Of a DNA stretch of 64,000 bases, positions 49,086 through 59,955 are shown in pieces. The notes beneath the pieces were generated by a model. It did not search any database, was not told where the DNA came from, and saw only the letters and a program-made list of their open reading frames with translations. Origin of the DNA: a virus; the IMG/VR virus record IMGVR_UViG_2872351278_000001, positions 43,115 through 107,114 of that record; one strand, 5' to 3'. Made by a program: the position numbers and the translations under genes. The number at the start of each line of letters is the position of its first letter. Position 1 is the first letter of the stretch.

Positions 49086-50897
49086 TTAAATTAATCCTTG
49101 GTCTTTTAACATTTTATAACATCTTTTATCTATATATTCATTTAAATTATATCCATCTTCAATATAAACATTTTTATACGATTTTAAAACTAATAACTCT
49201 GGACATAAATTCTTACAATCTAAATGTGGCATGTTCATTAAAGTTCTATGAAATGCACTTCCTTTATCTGTATCTACTATCTGCAAATCTTGTATTCCTG
49301 CTGAACCATCTTTATTAAATCTCATAATTGTACTACCTCCACCGTCTTTAACTATCAAAGCTCCATTTTTAATAGTTTGACCTTCTGAATCAAAAACAAC
49401 ATTCATATCAGTTTCTCCTTTTATAGCTAAAGCAACACTCTCTGAATTTTGTTCAATCATAGTACCAATATTCTTTTTATTTACTACTTCTGTTTTTATA
49501 TAGTCAGCTTGTTGAGTTATTTTTGACTCGGCTTCTCCTACTCTTGTTACCGTACTTTCAATTTTGTCAGCTTGTACTACTAACTCAGCTTTATTTTTAT
49601 CTGCCTCCTCGGCTACCAATATTATTTCTTTTTCATTTTCTATTATTTTTGTACTAAAATCACCTAACTTACGAGTTAAATTAATATGACCATCATTAAC
49701 ATTTTGTTCAGGTACATATGTTCCATCAGAAGAATCATTGCTTGTAACTCTATCTCCTGCTTCAGCACCATGATTTATGTTTTTTATCAAATTATCGTAT
49801 CTAATAAAGTTTGCAATAGTTACTTTTGTTGCCATCGGATTGTCATAATTTCTCTCTACACCTGTTATTTGACAACTCAATATAAAATCAATATCTGGAT
49901 TTATACAAGTAATTTCATATCCTATTTCGGGTGGTTCATCTAAACTATCTACATATATAGATAAATCTTGCATGTCTAAAGTTGCTTCTAATTTAGGAAC
50001 ACAGCATTTTTCCAATTCTTCCAATGCAAACTCATATAAATCTTTAGAATCAGTATATTCATCCATATGCATTTGTTTGAATTGTTGGTACTTTGCTTCT
50101 ATTTTAATAACATCAATTGGTATTCCCTTTGCTAGATACCAACTATAATTTTCTACATAAGATTGTTTAGTAGGATTTACACCCATTATATTAATTTCAA
50201 TTCCATACTTATCTTTAGCACCAAAGGGTTGGACTCTTGTAAATATTTCATCAGAGTTATAATTTATATTTAAGGCTTTCATATCTAAGTCTTTTTTAAC
50301 ATATTTATTATTTTTTATTGTTTGTGTCCTTAAAAACACCCAATTCTGACCATTATCATCTGTACTAAATTCTAACCAACCATTGAAAACTTTTGCCATA
50401 CTTACTAAATTTTCATATACACTCGCTTCATTCTCAGTTATTAAGTGCCTTTTTTTATCACTTGGCACATCTGTTCCTTTAAATTTGTAACCTGTGTTAT
50501 ATGGGTGTTTGGTAGAAGTCATTATCTTATCAAACATTGCATTAGGACTTACTCCTATTAAATTAATTGGTTCACAATAAACCCCTTTTAATTCAACACT
50601 TTCATGTTTACAAGTTACTTTTATGCTCCCTGTTGTATTGTCTTCTACTTGAATATCTTTTATAATATAATATTCATTTTCAAATAATACTAACTTTTCA
50701 CAATCATCATAACTAATTTTCCTATCAGCAGTAAATGGAATTGAAAAAGTCAATTGACCAACTTCGTTTGTATCTTTAGTTAATGTGATATTTTTCACTG
50801 TATCAAAATCATTACTAATTAACGTATTTTCAGGCATTCCCCTGTATGTATAAAGTACTGGTACAGGATTTAAATATTTATCTTTAATTTGTTCCAA
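49086..50897 (-). CDS. tail-associated protein (Tal / prophage tail endopeptidase-like)
   Basis: Follows Dit; LTFSIP, IFTRVQPFG, C-terminal coiled coil. Confidence 0.75.
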   Translation of the reverse strand: MEQIKDKYLNPVPVLYTYRGMPENTLISNDFDTVKNITLTKDTNEVGQLTFSIPFTADRKISYDDCEKLVLFENEYYIIKDIQVEDNTTGSIKVTCKHESVELKGVYCEPINLIGVSPNAMFDKIMTSTKHPYNTGYKFKGTDVPSDKKRHLITENEASVYENLVSMAKVFNGWLEFSTDDNGQNWVFLRTQTIKNNKYVKKDLDMKALNINYNSDEIFTRVQPFGAKDKYGIEINIMGVNPTKQSYVENYSWYLAKGIPIDVIKIEAKYQQFKQMHMDEYTDSKDLYEFALEELEKCCVPKLEATLDMQDLSIYVDSLDEPPEIGYEITCINPDIDFILSCQITGVERNYDNPMATKVTIANFIRYDNLIKNINHGAEAGDRVTSNDSSDGTYVPEQNVNDGHINLTRKLGDFSTKIIENEKEIILVAEEADKNKAELVVQADKIESTVTRVGEAESKITQQADYIKTEVVNKKNIGTMIEQNSESVALAIKGETDMNVVFDSEGQTIKNGALIVKDGGGSTIMRFNKDGSAGIQDLQIVDTDKGSAFHRTLMNMPHLDCKNLCPELLVLKSYKNVYIEDGYNLNEYIDKRCYKMLKDQGLI

Positions 50898-50912
50898 TTA
50901 TAATCTCCTCCT

Positions 50913-51719
50913 TTATAATAATTTTGTATTTGGTTCTATATATAATTCCGTTAATTTCCCCTCTAATAACATAAAATAATTTTTTATTTTGTGTTTTAAC
51001 TTTGGATATTCAAAATTCTTAACTTTGTATTTAAATAATGCTAATTCAGGTTTATTATTTATAATTTCATAACATCTTTGTTTTTTACAATTTAAATACA
51101 ATGGTTTGTCTATATTTTCTAAAACAATCTCTAAATCATTCCACATGAATCGAATTTTAGCTTGTGTACCATTAGGAGTAATCTTTATTAATGGAGAACA
51201 ATCAGTATTTCCTCTACATTCAATTAATATTTTTTTATTTTGTTCAATTCTTCTATATGTTAAAGGGGTTTCATTTCTTATGTACCAATATGGATTATGT
51301 GCAATAAAAGAAATTGTAGTTTTACTATTAAACTCTTTACCATAGAATGTTTCTAAATCTAATTCTTTGTTGTATATCACATCAATGCATTTATGGGTTG
51401 GGTCATCTTCATATTGAAATATTTTTTGACTTTTATCGCCTATCCATTCTTTTAATTCAAATAATCCCAATGTATTGTCCTCGTGAAAGAAAACTGGTAT
51501 TTCCAATGGTCTAACTCCATATGTAGTGTCTATATATCTTTCACCATCACAATTTTCATTTTTATCTGTTATATGGTTAGGATTAGGCAACTGATTAGTT
51601 GTAAAAGTATCATTGTTTGTATTATAAATCTGTCCACCGAAATCTCTTTTTAATGAAACTGTTTCTCCCGTCTCTTTATCAGTTAATGTAAAACTGAGTG
51701 GATGAAAATAATCCCTCAT
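50913..51719 (-). CDS. distal tail protein (Dit)
   Basis: Follows TMP; DGERY..TYG.R, FIAHNPYWY, GNT...P.I.I. Confidence 0.75.
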   Translation of the reverse strand: MRDYFHPLSFTLTDKETGETVSLKRDFGGQIYNTNNDTFTTNQLPNPNHITDKNENCDGERYIDTTYGVRPLEIPVFFHEDNTLGLFELKEWIGDKSQKIFQYEDDPTHKCIDVIYNKELDLETFYGKEFNSKTTISFIAHNPYWYIRNETPLTYRRIEQNKKILIECRGNTDCSPLIKITPNGTQAKIRFMWNDLEIVLENIDKPLYLNCKKQRCYEIINNKPELALFKYKVKNFEYPKLKHKIKNYFMLLEGKLTELYIEPNTKLL

Positions 51720-51825
51720 ATAATTTATCTCCTTTCTAAAAAAGACCGATAATAAAACCATTAATATTCCTAGTGCTTTTACCTAGAAACGGCTTTAAAA
51801 CCAGTCTTTTAATTTAATAATTTAT

Positions 51826-54800
51826 TTAATATTGTCTTGCTTGACTTTTTAACATTTTATCCATTGCTCTTACATTTAAATAAGCATCATCTTTTGTATA
51901 AATATTTTGTGTAATATTATTCTTCCAAGTAATAGATTTTGTGCTATTGTCAGAATTATCATTTGTATTATTAATCATATTACTAGCAATCTTATTAAAG
52001 TCCAACATCTGTGGATTTGCTAATTGCATATTATTATACATTGTCGGCATAATGAAATTTAAATCTTCTAATACATTTTGACATTGTTTTGAAAAATCAT
52101 AAATTTCATCTAACATGATAGTATCTTTAGGAGTTAATATCTTTTCACCGTCTCCAACAAATGCTAGTTTTTCATCTTTACCATTGAATTTAACTTTTCC
52201 ACCTGTTGCAAATTTTTGTGTTCTTTTAAATATTTTTTCTACTTCTTCGGGACTCATTGGGCTGTCTGCGACTATGCCACCAGTTATTTCTTTATAATTC
52301 GTTCCACTATTGTCAATAGAACTATAGTTATAATTATCTGATGTTGAAAATACTTTTCCACCCATTAAGGCATCTAAACTTTGTAGTGACAATTGAATTT
52401 TTTCAGTTAATGCTTGGCTAAAGTTCTCTCCTAGTAAACTACCAACATTTTTAAAATATTCTTGTTTACTTTTAAGTAATTCTAATATCTCATTAATATT
52501 CTTTTCTTTTAAGAGTTTATCAGCTTTTGCATATGCTTTTTGTTCTAATAAAGAATCTTTGTTAGACTTTTCTTCTAGTTTTTTCTTTTTATCATAATGT
52601 TTTTTTAAATCCGATATTTCTTCATCGTAGTTTTTACTTTCTTTATCTTTCTTAGCCTGTAAATCTTCGATTTGTTTATTGATATCATCTTTTTTTATAT
52701 CTTTGTTTAACGCATCTATTTCGGTTTGTAAATCATCTTGTTTTTTCTTGCTAAATACCGAATCGTCTTGCATCCATTTGTTTTTTTCAGCTTTTAACTT
52801 TTCTAATTTCTTTTTCTTATCTTCACTACTATCATCTAATGCTTTTAGTTGGTCTTGTAAACTTTTAATCTCAGCATCATATGCTTCTATCATAGCTTTC
52901 TTTTCTTCTTCTATTCTCTTTAGTTTTTTCTCTTGTTGAGATTCCATTTTTTCTTTAGTGGCTTCTGTTTCTTTTTTCAAATCTTCTAAAATACCATTAG
53001 CTAAATCATTTCTTAAATTTTCAATCATACTTTTATGTGATTTTTCTATAGCTTTTGCTAATTCTTCAAACTGATTTGTGGTACTTGGCATTTTACTATT
53101 AACTAAATCTGAATACTCCTCAGTTGTCTTTTTTAAATCTTCCAACCAAGCAATATCTTCCTTTTTAGCTTTTACACCTTTTTCTGAGTTCTCATACACC
53201 CTATTGTTTATATTATATTGTAATTCAGCAAGCTTTTCTTGAGAGTTTGTCAATTGCCCATTAGCATCAAATAAAAATTTATCTTGCTCTAATTTTTTTC
53301 TCTTTTCATCTATTTCCTTCTTTTGTTCTGCCACAATATTGCTCAAAGCATTTTTTTTATCATTCATTAAGCGTATTTCTTCATTTAATGCTTTTTGTAA
53401 TGCTCCATCTGTTAATCCGTCTTGCTGTATTTTATTTTCAGCAAGACTATTATTAACCATTGCTAATGCATTATTTAATTCAAAATATCTATCTGTATCA
53501 ACTTTAGCATTTAAAGTCTCTAGTTGTTCTGCATATTTTTCAACTTCTGATTTGCCACCGTTAGAACCTCCGCCTTTTGAACCTTTTCCGCCAGAACCAC
53601 CCGAAGGAGTATAACTTCCTTTTGATGGTGTTGAGCCTCCACCACTATTACCTCTTGGTAAACTTGGCATAGAATTATAAATAGAATCTATTTTAGATTT
53701 TGCTTGAGAAAACTCTTTTAATTTTGCTTGAGCCTCTTGGTATTCTGCATTCGAAGCTAATGATGCTTGGGTTATTCCTTCTAAGATACCCTTTCCTCCA
53801 CCCATAAGTTTAGCAGTTTCTCTATCGTTTACAAAAAAGTTATCTTTTACAAAAGGTTCTAATGCCCCAGTTTTTGCTTCAGCTAATTTTCTAATTGCTT
53901 GGATTTCAGCTTTATACATTTCTATTCTGTTATTTATTTCGTTATATGTAACTGTAGTGTTTCCAATTTGCCATTCACTAGTGACCTTCGCATCACTTAT
54001 TCTTATTGAACTCAAAGTATCTACTGTAACACCTTCATCTGTTAAATAACTTATAGTATCTTGAATAAGCGGTTCATTTTGAATATAAACTTTACCATTC
54101 TCGTCCATAGCTACAGACAAATTACTAACTTTTCCTTGCAATTGATGTACTACTTGTCCCAATTTGCTTTTATCTTCTGCTGATAAATTTTCTTGTGCTG
54201 ACAATGTCTGATATTCAGAATATAAATTTTGAACTGTACTTATATAGTTATTATATTCAGTTTGAGCTTGTTCTAAATTCATTCTATTATCTAATTGTGC
54301 TTTTGTTTCTTCTTTAATAGAATTAATCACTTCTGTGTTTTTTAATTTGTTCTTTGCATCGTCTAGTTCTTTTATATGTCCTGTCGTTTCATCAACTGTA
54401 TACCCCAACGCTTTCAACGCATCTATGTTTTGTTGAATTTCTCTACTAGTTGAATCTACTTTATTTATTCCATTAATTCCAGATGGCTGAGAATGCCCCT
54501 CGGCTTCTTTTCTTTGTTTTATTAATTCTATTAATTTTTCTTCTTCTTTTTGAGCCTCTTTAATTTTTTCAGTTGCAGTATTCGTATCTCCACTTTTAAG
54601 AGCATTATTTACGCCTTCTATCGAATTTTTAAATGCTTCACTACTTTGTTTTGCTTCTTCCTCGGCTTGTTTATATTTTGCAAAACTAACACTAGCTAAA
54701 CCTACTGCCAAACCTATAGCAGATACTACAGCCCCGATTGGAGTAGCCATAAAAGCGATTGATGATGCTATCGCTGTTCTTATACCATTGCTTAATAATA

Positions 54801-57732
54801 AAAAAGCACCATTTAATCCTGTAATTGCTCTACCACTATTTCCTGTAACAGAACTCATTCCACCTAAAATTGATACAAACTGAGAAATTCCTTTAGCGTC
54901 TCCTAAACTACCAATAGCCTTCATTGCCATTAATTCTTTTTGAATTTTTACTATTTTCATCAATGCGAGACTCAAAGTTCCCACTGTTGCTACAAAAGCT
55001 ATAGTTTCACTATCTACGGTTGATAAAACTGTCACTATATTAGTTAATTGTTCTATAAACCATTTTAAACTGTCAGAATTAAATATTCTTTCATATAACT
55101 CTTCAAATGACCTTTTTAAATCATTGACCTTTGCATCTAAGCTATTATTATATACATCTTCTACCATTTTTTTAGCAGAACCTGCTGACTCAGCTACTTG
55201 ATTTTGATGTTTTTTTAAATCATCCATATTTTCTATAAGTGCCATCAATGTTTCTCTTTGCCTTGTTCCTGCAAGACTTTGTACACCTGCTAAATAGTCA
55301 ACTTGACTCAATTGTCCTTCATGAAATTTTTTCATAAATTCATTTAAAACTTCATCGAATTGTTTAAATTCACCTTTACTTGACCTTATACTTATTCCAA
55401 TTCTGTTCATGGCAGTTTCGGTATCATTAATACTCTTTCCATCTTCATCAAGATTTCCAAGTTTAATATTAGAAAATCTTGCATAAATTGTTTTGAAAGA
55501 TTCACCTATGGTTTCTGCCGACTTACGAGTCTTTTCTGATACAGTAGTTATATATGTTACTAAATTATCAAATGGAGTCCCTGCTTCTTGAGCTGAATAT
55601 GCCGTACGTTGAATTGCTGTTGCTATTTCAGCAAACGATGTAGCACTCACATTATCCATCTTACTAATAATATCTACAACATGATTCATTGATTCACCAG
55701 TCATATCAAAAGCATTCTTAATAGCAATTAATTGTTGAGTTGTAGTTCCTGTATCTTGTCCAGATATTTTAGAACCTAATATAGAAGCTTCCATAACAGA
55801 TTTACCTTCATTTCCCTCAAAACCTGCCCTAGTTACTTCTTCCATTCCTGCCATCATATCTAAATTGGTCGTATGTAATTGTTTCCCTAGTTCTTTATAG
55901 TCATTTACTAGATTTCCAATTTCTGATTTCGATTTCCCTGTAATCATTTGCATATTACTGAAAGCTTTATCCATGCTTAAGGTATATTCACTAGCGTCTT
56001 TTAATTGATTTTTTATTTCTCCAATAACTTGACTTATTCCATAAAATAACCCTGCTTTTGCTAAAAAATTATTTATATTAGAAAAAAAGTTTGCGTTATT
56101 TGCTTCCTTCAAGGAGTTTACAAATTGTTTTGTCTCTGAATTGGTTTGTGATATAGATGTTTTTACATTATTTAAACTATCTTTTATACCATTAAAATTT
56201 GCACCACTTGTGTTTTTTAAGTTGTTTTTTAGTTCGTTTAATTTTTTATTAGTGTCATCTATAAAACCACTAGGCAAAGCAGTACCAAATTCTTTTTTCA
56301 TTTTTGTTAATTCTAATATTGTCTTTTCAATGTCTTTTGTTAAATTACTTATATTCTCATCTTTAAATTTAGCTTTACTTATATTTAATTGCTCGTTTAA
56401 TTTAGTTCTTTGTTTATCAATATCAGCATTTTTTTGAGAATTATATAAATTATCATTTTTAATTTTATTATTTTGTTCATTCAATAACAATCTATTGGTT
56501 ATCAATGACTCTTCTAATTTAGCTTTATATTCCCCTTCTGCTGATATTAATTTTTTTTTAATCGAATATTCTTCTGTTAACAGCTTATTTACTTCACCAT
56601 AAGCACTGTTAGAATTATTTATTGTGTTTTCTTTTTCTTGTTGTTTATTCTTTTGTTTTAAAATATATTCTTCTTCTAATGCTTTATTAATAGCCTCTAC
56701 TTGTTTTAATTCATCTTTTCTGTCGGTATTTTTAGACTTTAATTCTGATTTATTCTTTCCATTTTCAATTTTAGAAATTAATAACTCATTTTCGTCTTCT
56801 ACTTTTTTAATATTATCAAACATCTGCTTATACATATTTACTTTATCTTTAATTGCTTCATCTTCTACTTTTTTAGATTTGTTTGTAGTTTCGATGAATT
56901 TTGATGTAATATTATTTAGACTATTAAATTGTTCCTTTAATCCATTTAAATTCGTGCCATCAAAATATTTTAATTCAGATTGTGCTTCATTTATTTTTTG
57001 TATTATTTGTTCAAATTGTTGTATATTTAATACATTTTTAAACTTATCATCTGTTAAATTTGCCATAGTTGATTTTAATGTGATTAATTTATTAGAAAAA
57101 TCTATTATTTTTGATTCAGTATTTGTTAATTCTTTTACTTGATTTAATAGGTTTTTTAAATTTCCATCAGATTTTATAGAATCAAAATCTAAACTATTTC
57201 TTAAGTTATTGATAGTATTTTTGTCTACGAAACCATTTGATTCTAACGCATTTAATTGTTTTTTTGCATTTGATAAAGAATTTATAGAGTCCGTTATTTT
57301 AGAATAATTAGTTACAATTGTAGGTGCTATTTGAGAAATTGACTTTCCACTATCATCAAATACTTCAGTTTGTTTTTTTATTTGACCAATTCCTTGTGCA
57401 ATTTCAGATACCATTTTCCCAGTACCATCATTGTATTTTATAGACGTAGTTTTTTGTAATTCATTATTTAAACTGGTTAAATTATTTAAAACTCCTGATA
57501 TTGCATTATTTGCATCTCCTAATGTAATTCCCTTTTCTGCTTTTTGTTGAAATTCTTCTAATAGTTTATTTAAATTTTCTAAGGTTTTACTTGCTTCATT
57601 ATTTTTTAAGTTGAATTCTAAATTTATTTTTTTATTATCTAAACCTTGTACTAAATTTTTTAATTTGTTTTCTATGTTATTTTTTGTATCAAATTCTATA
57701 CCTAATCTTATATTATTTTTAAAATCCATCAT
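51826..57732 (-). CDS. tail tape measure protein
   Basis: About 1970 aa, helical; TP901-type core AETIGESFKTIYAR; FATGG near the C-terminus. Confidence 0.92.
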   Translation of the reverse strand: MMDFKNNIRLGIEFDTKNNIENKLKNLVQGLDNKKINLEFNLKNNEASKTLENLNKLLEEFQQKAEKGITLGDANNAISGVLNNLTSLNNELQKTTSIKYNDGTGKMVSEIAQGIGQIKKQTEVFDDSGKSISQIAPTIVTNYSKITDSINSLSNAKKQLNALESNGFVDKNTINNLRNSLDFDSIKSDGNLKNLLNQVKELTNTESKIIDFSNKLITLKSTMANLTDDKFKNVLNIQQFEQIIQKINEAQSELKYFDGTNLNGLKEQFNSLNNITSKFIETTNKSKKVEDEAIKDKVNMYKQMFDNIKKVEDENELLISKIENGKNKSELKSKNTDRKDELKQVEAINKALEEEYILKQKNKQQEKENTINNSNSAYGEVNKLLTEEYSIKKKLISAEGEYKAKLEESLITNRLLLNEQNNKIKNDNLYNSQKNADIDKQRTKLNEQLNISKAKFKDENISNLTKDIEKTILELTKMKKEFGTALPSGFIDDTNKKLNELKNNLKNTSGANFNGIKDSLNNVKTSISQTNSETKQFVNSLKEANNANFFSNINNFLAKAGLFYGISQVIGEIKNQLKDASEYTLSMDKAFSNMQMITGKSKSEIGNLVNDYKELGKQLHTTNLDMMAGMEEVTRAGFEGNEGKSVMEASILGSKISGQDTGTTTQQLIAIKNAFDMTGESMNHVVDIISKMDNVSATSFAEIATAIQRTAYSAQEAGTPFDNLVTYITTVSEKTRKSAETIGESFKTIYARFSNIKLGNLDEDGKSINDTETAMNRIGISIRSSKGEFKQFDEVLNEFMKKFHEGQLSQVDYLAGVQSLAGTRQRETLMALIENMDDLKKHQNQVAESAGSAKKMVEDVYNNSLDAKVNDLKRSFEELYERIFNSDSLKWFIEQLTNIVTVLSTVDSETIAFVATVGTLSLALMKIVKIQKELMAMKAIGSLGDAKGISQFVSILGGMSSVTGNSGRAITGLNGAFLLLSNGIRTAIASSIAFMATPIGAVVSAIGLAVGLASVSFAKYKQAEEEAKQSSEAFKNSIEGVNNALKSGDTNTATEKIKEAQKEEEKLIELIKQRKEAEGHSQPSGINGINKVDSTSREIQQNIDALKALGYTVDETTGHIKELDDAKNKLKNTEVINSIKEETKAQLDNRMNLEQAQTEYNNYISTVQNLYSEYQTLSAQENLSAEDKSKLGQVVHQLQGKVSNLSVAMDENGKVYIQNEPLIQDTISYLTDEGVTVDTLSSIRISDAKVTSEWQIGNTTVTYNEINNRIEMYKAEIQAIRKLAEAKTGALEPFVKDNFFVNDRETAKLMGGGKGILEGITQASLASNAEYQEAQAKLKEFSQAKSKIDSIYNSMPSLPRGNSGGGSTPSKGSYTPSGGSGGKGSKGGGSNGGKSEVEKYAEQLETLNAKVDTDRYFELNNALAMVNNSLAENKIQQDGLTDGALQKALNEEIRLMNDKKNALSNIVAEQKKEIDEKRKKLEQDKFLFDANGQLTNSQEKLAELQYNINNRVYENSEKGVKAKKEDIAWLEDLKKTTEEYSDLVNSKMPSTTNQFEELAKAIEKSHKSMIENLRNDLANGILEDLKKETEATKEKMESQQEKKLKRIEEEKKAMIEAYDAEIKSLQDQLKALDDSSEDKKKKLEKLKAEKNKWMQDDSVFSKKKQDDLQTEIDALNKDIKKDDINKQIEDLQAKKDKESKNYDEEISDLKKHYDKKKKLEEKSNKDSLLEQKAYAKADKLLKEKNINEILELLKSKQEYFKNVGSLLGENFSQALTEKIQLSLQSLDALMGGKVFSTSDNYNYSSIDNSGTNYKEITGGIVADSPMSPEEVEKIFKRTQKFATGGKVKFNGKDEKLAFVGDGEKILTPKDTIMLDEIYDFSKQCQNVLEDLNFIMPTMYNNMQLANPQMLDFNKIASNMINNTNDNSDNSTKSITWKNNITQNIYTKDDAYLNVRAMDKMLKSQARQY

Positions 57733-57780
57733 ATATAATTCTCCTTCCAATTAAAAAAGAGAACTATACGTTCTCTTGCA

Positions 57781-58359
57781 TTACTTTTTTTTATTTTTAG
57801 ATTTCTTATTTTTGTTCGTTTTATTATTAAATAATTGTTTTTCAAATTCATTTTTTGCGTCCTCATCACCTTGAACAACTTTGATTAATAATTCCTTATC
57901 TAGTCCTAATTTATTTAAAGACTTATCTAAATTGTTATTAAAATCTAATACCTTTACTAATTCATTTACACTTTCTTGTAGGATATCTAATTGTCTATTG
58001 GCGTTCTTTTTGTTATCAATACCAATTTCTATCATTATATCTATTAAATCTGATATAGTTTTTTTAAAATCTCCATCTGCTTGATTTAACATCACCTCTA
58101 AATCAAAATCACTAATACTACTCCAAAAATCTTCATTTTCAATATTTGTTAAATGTATTAGCATAAATCTCATAACATCTATTGTATTATTTATTTGTAT
58201 ATCTGATTTTCCATCGTTTTCTACTTGTATTGAATTATTTGCAATCATATTAGATAACTCAGAATATATCTTATTATCTAAAGGATTATAAACTTCAATC
58301 GTTCCATATATTGATTTTATTTTTTTCTTTAAATATTTTTCTTCTAATTTAACTGACAT
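57781..58359 (-). CDS. putative tail assembly chaperone
   Basis: Position immediately upstream of TMP. Confidence 0.5.
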   Translation of the reverse strand: MSVKLEEKYLKKKIKSIYGTIEVYNPLDNKIYSELSNMIANNSIQVENDGKSDIQINNTIDVMRFMLIHLTNIENEDFWSSISDFDLEVMLNQADGDFKKTISDLIDIMIEIGIDNKKNANRQLDILQESVNELVKVLDFNNNLDKSLNKLGLDKELLIKVVQGDEDAKNEFEKQLFNNKTNKNKKSKNKKK

Positions 58360-58399
58360 ACTATCTTCCCCTTTATTTTTTATAATTTATTTAATTTTG

Positions 58400-58837
58400 T
58401 TATATATCAAATCCACAAGAACTTAATACAGTTTGTATAATATTAAATATTTTTTTAGTTTCAAAAAGTTCTTCTTGGGTATATTTTATGACATCTAAGT
58501 TTTCGCCATATCTTTCTTCCCCATACGCTTCTCCTTTTGCAAACCACTCATAAACTTCATCAAAATTCCTATAAGTCCATGAATTTGATTCAGGATGTTG
58601 CTCATCAATTACATATAAAGTAGCAATCATTTCGTTTCCTGCCATTTCATAGTCTATTTCTAAACTGTTTAATAGTGCTGATGTTCTACTATAAAACTTT
58701 GGATTATATCTCCCATACCATTCGTTTTCAATGTATTCATACGCTTTTTCTCTTGCTTTTTCCATCGCTTCTTTTAAAGCTATTCCCATAGTTTGTACCA
58801 AATTTGAATAAAAACTATCTATACTATCAAAATCCAT
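58400..58837 (-). CDS. tail/neck component (HK97 gp10-like)
   Basis: Y.P..YSRT..LLNS motif; structural-module position. Confidence 0.5.
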   Translation of the reverse strand: MDFDSIDSFYSNLVQTMGIALKEAMEKAREKAYEYIENEWYGRYNPKFYSRTSALLNSLEIDYEMAGNEMIATLYVIDEQHPESNSWTYRNFDEVYEWFAKGEAYGEERYGENLDVIKYTQEELFETKKIFNIIQTVLSSCGFDI

Positions 58838-59068
58838 TTTTAACCTCCTTTTTACTCACTTATACTCTGTTTTACTTCGTTTTTAACACTCAAACAGTAT
58901 ATAAAATTACAATTTTAATTTATTAATTGAAAAAAATAAGGGAGAAGAAAAGTTATTACGTATTTAAAATTAATACCTTTTCTTCTTTTCATCTCCCTCG
59001 TAATTATTATTTGTTTATTTTGTTAATAAAGGACACCATATGAGATGTCCTATTTTAACAAAACCTTT

Positions 59069-59893
59069 CTATGCACTTGCTGATATAGATTCTTCAGAAC
59101 TAACATAAATTATCCTACCTAAATAATCTAAAGCTTTATCTTTTAATACATCTATCTCTGTATCATCATTTACTTCCTTACTTTCACTTTCTCCTTTAGA
59201 TGTCACGCTTGAAGACATTTGACAACGAGGAAATATGTATTGTTTTAAGAATTGTAAATTGTTTTGACCATCATAAACTGGAACTTCTACACAAACAAAA
59301 ATTTCTGGCATTTTTGAGTCTGAGGTTATATCCGAATATCTTTCTGTAGCTAAAGCCTTAGTTTTAAATCCTGTTACAAAAACTGTATCTCCTTCTGTAA
59401 TACCTGTATCAGTTATAGTATATTTTTTCTTACTTGAAGAATCAACTGTTACTTTTGATGTTTCTATAGCTTTATTTGTCTTATTGTTATATACTATAAA
59501 AGTTTCTCCATCTATAGGTTCATTTATTAATTCAATATATAATTTAGTTGTTTCTTTTTTAACGGTATAGTTTCTAGGCATATGCATCTTATATATTGAA
59601 GCATCAGAACCAACTGTTTTTATATCTCCTCCAAATTTCTTAGCTATAATATCTTGTCTACTCCATACATCTGTTATTTTTAATGTAAATTCTTTGTCTT
59701 TATTTAAAACATATTGAGTAGAATTATCCCTTCCTGCCTTAACTTTTGTTGTGTCAGCCTTTGCACTTAATTCATGTGATTTTAAAGTTCCTGAGAAATA
59801 TTCTAATCCTGATTTTTTATCAAATGCGTACCAATTGGCAACTTTTAATTCTACTAAGTCTTCTCTTAAAAATTCGTTTGCTATTTTTGTCAT
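59069..59893 (-). CDS. putative major tail protein
   Basis: Strong AAAGGAGG RBS, downstream terminator, beta-rich 274 aa, SPbeta-like gene order. Confidence 0.65.
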   Translation of the reverse strand: MTKIANEFLREDLVELKVANWYAFDKKSGLEYFSGTLKSHELSAKADTTKVKAGRDNSTQYVLNKDKEFTLKITDVWSRQDIIAKKFGGDIKTVGSDASIYKMHMPRNYTVKKETTKLYIELINEPIDGETFIVYNNKTNKAIETSKVTVDSSSKKKYTITDTGITEGDTVFVTGFKTKALATERYSDITSDSKMPEIFVCVEVPVYDGQNNLQFLKQYIFPRCQMSSSVTSKGESESKEVNDDTEIDVLKDKALDYLGRIIYVSSEESISASA

Positions 59894-59955
59894 TATACAT
59901 GACCTCCTTTTATTTTTTTTAATTTATTTAGTTGATAATATTACTATTTTTTTAC

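Noticed and set aside
57733..58359. Programmed frameshift in the tail chaperone
   Set aside because: No second overlapping ORF or clear slippery site before the tape measure gene
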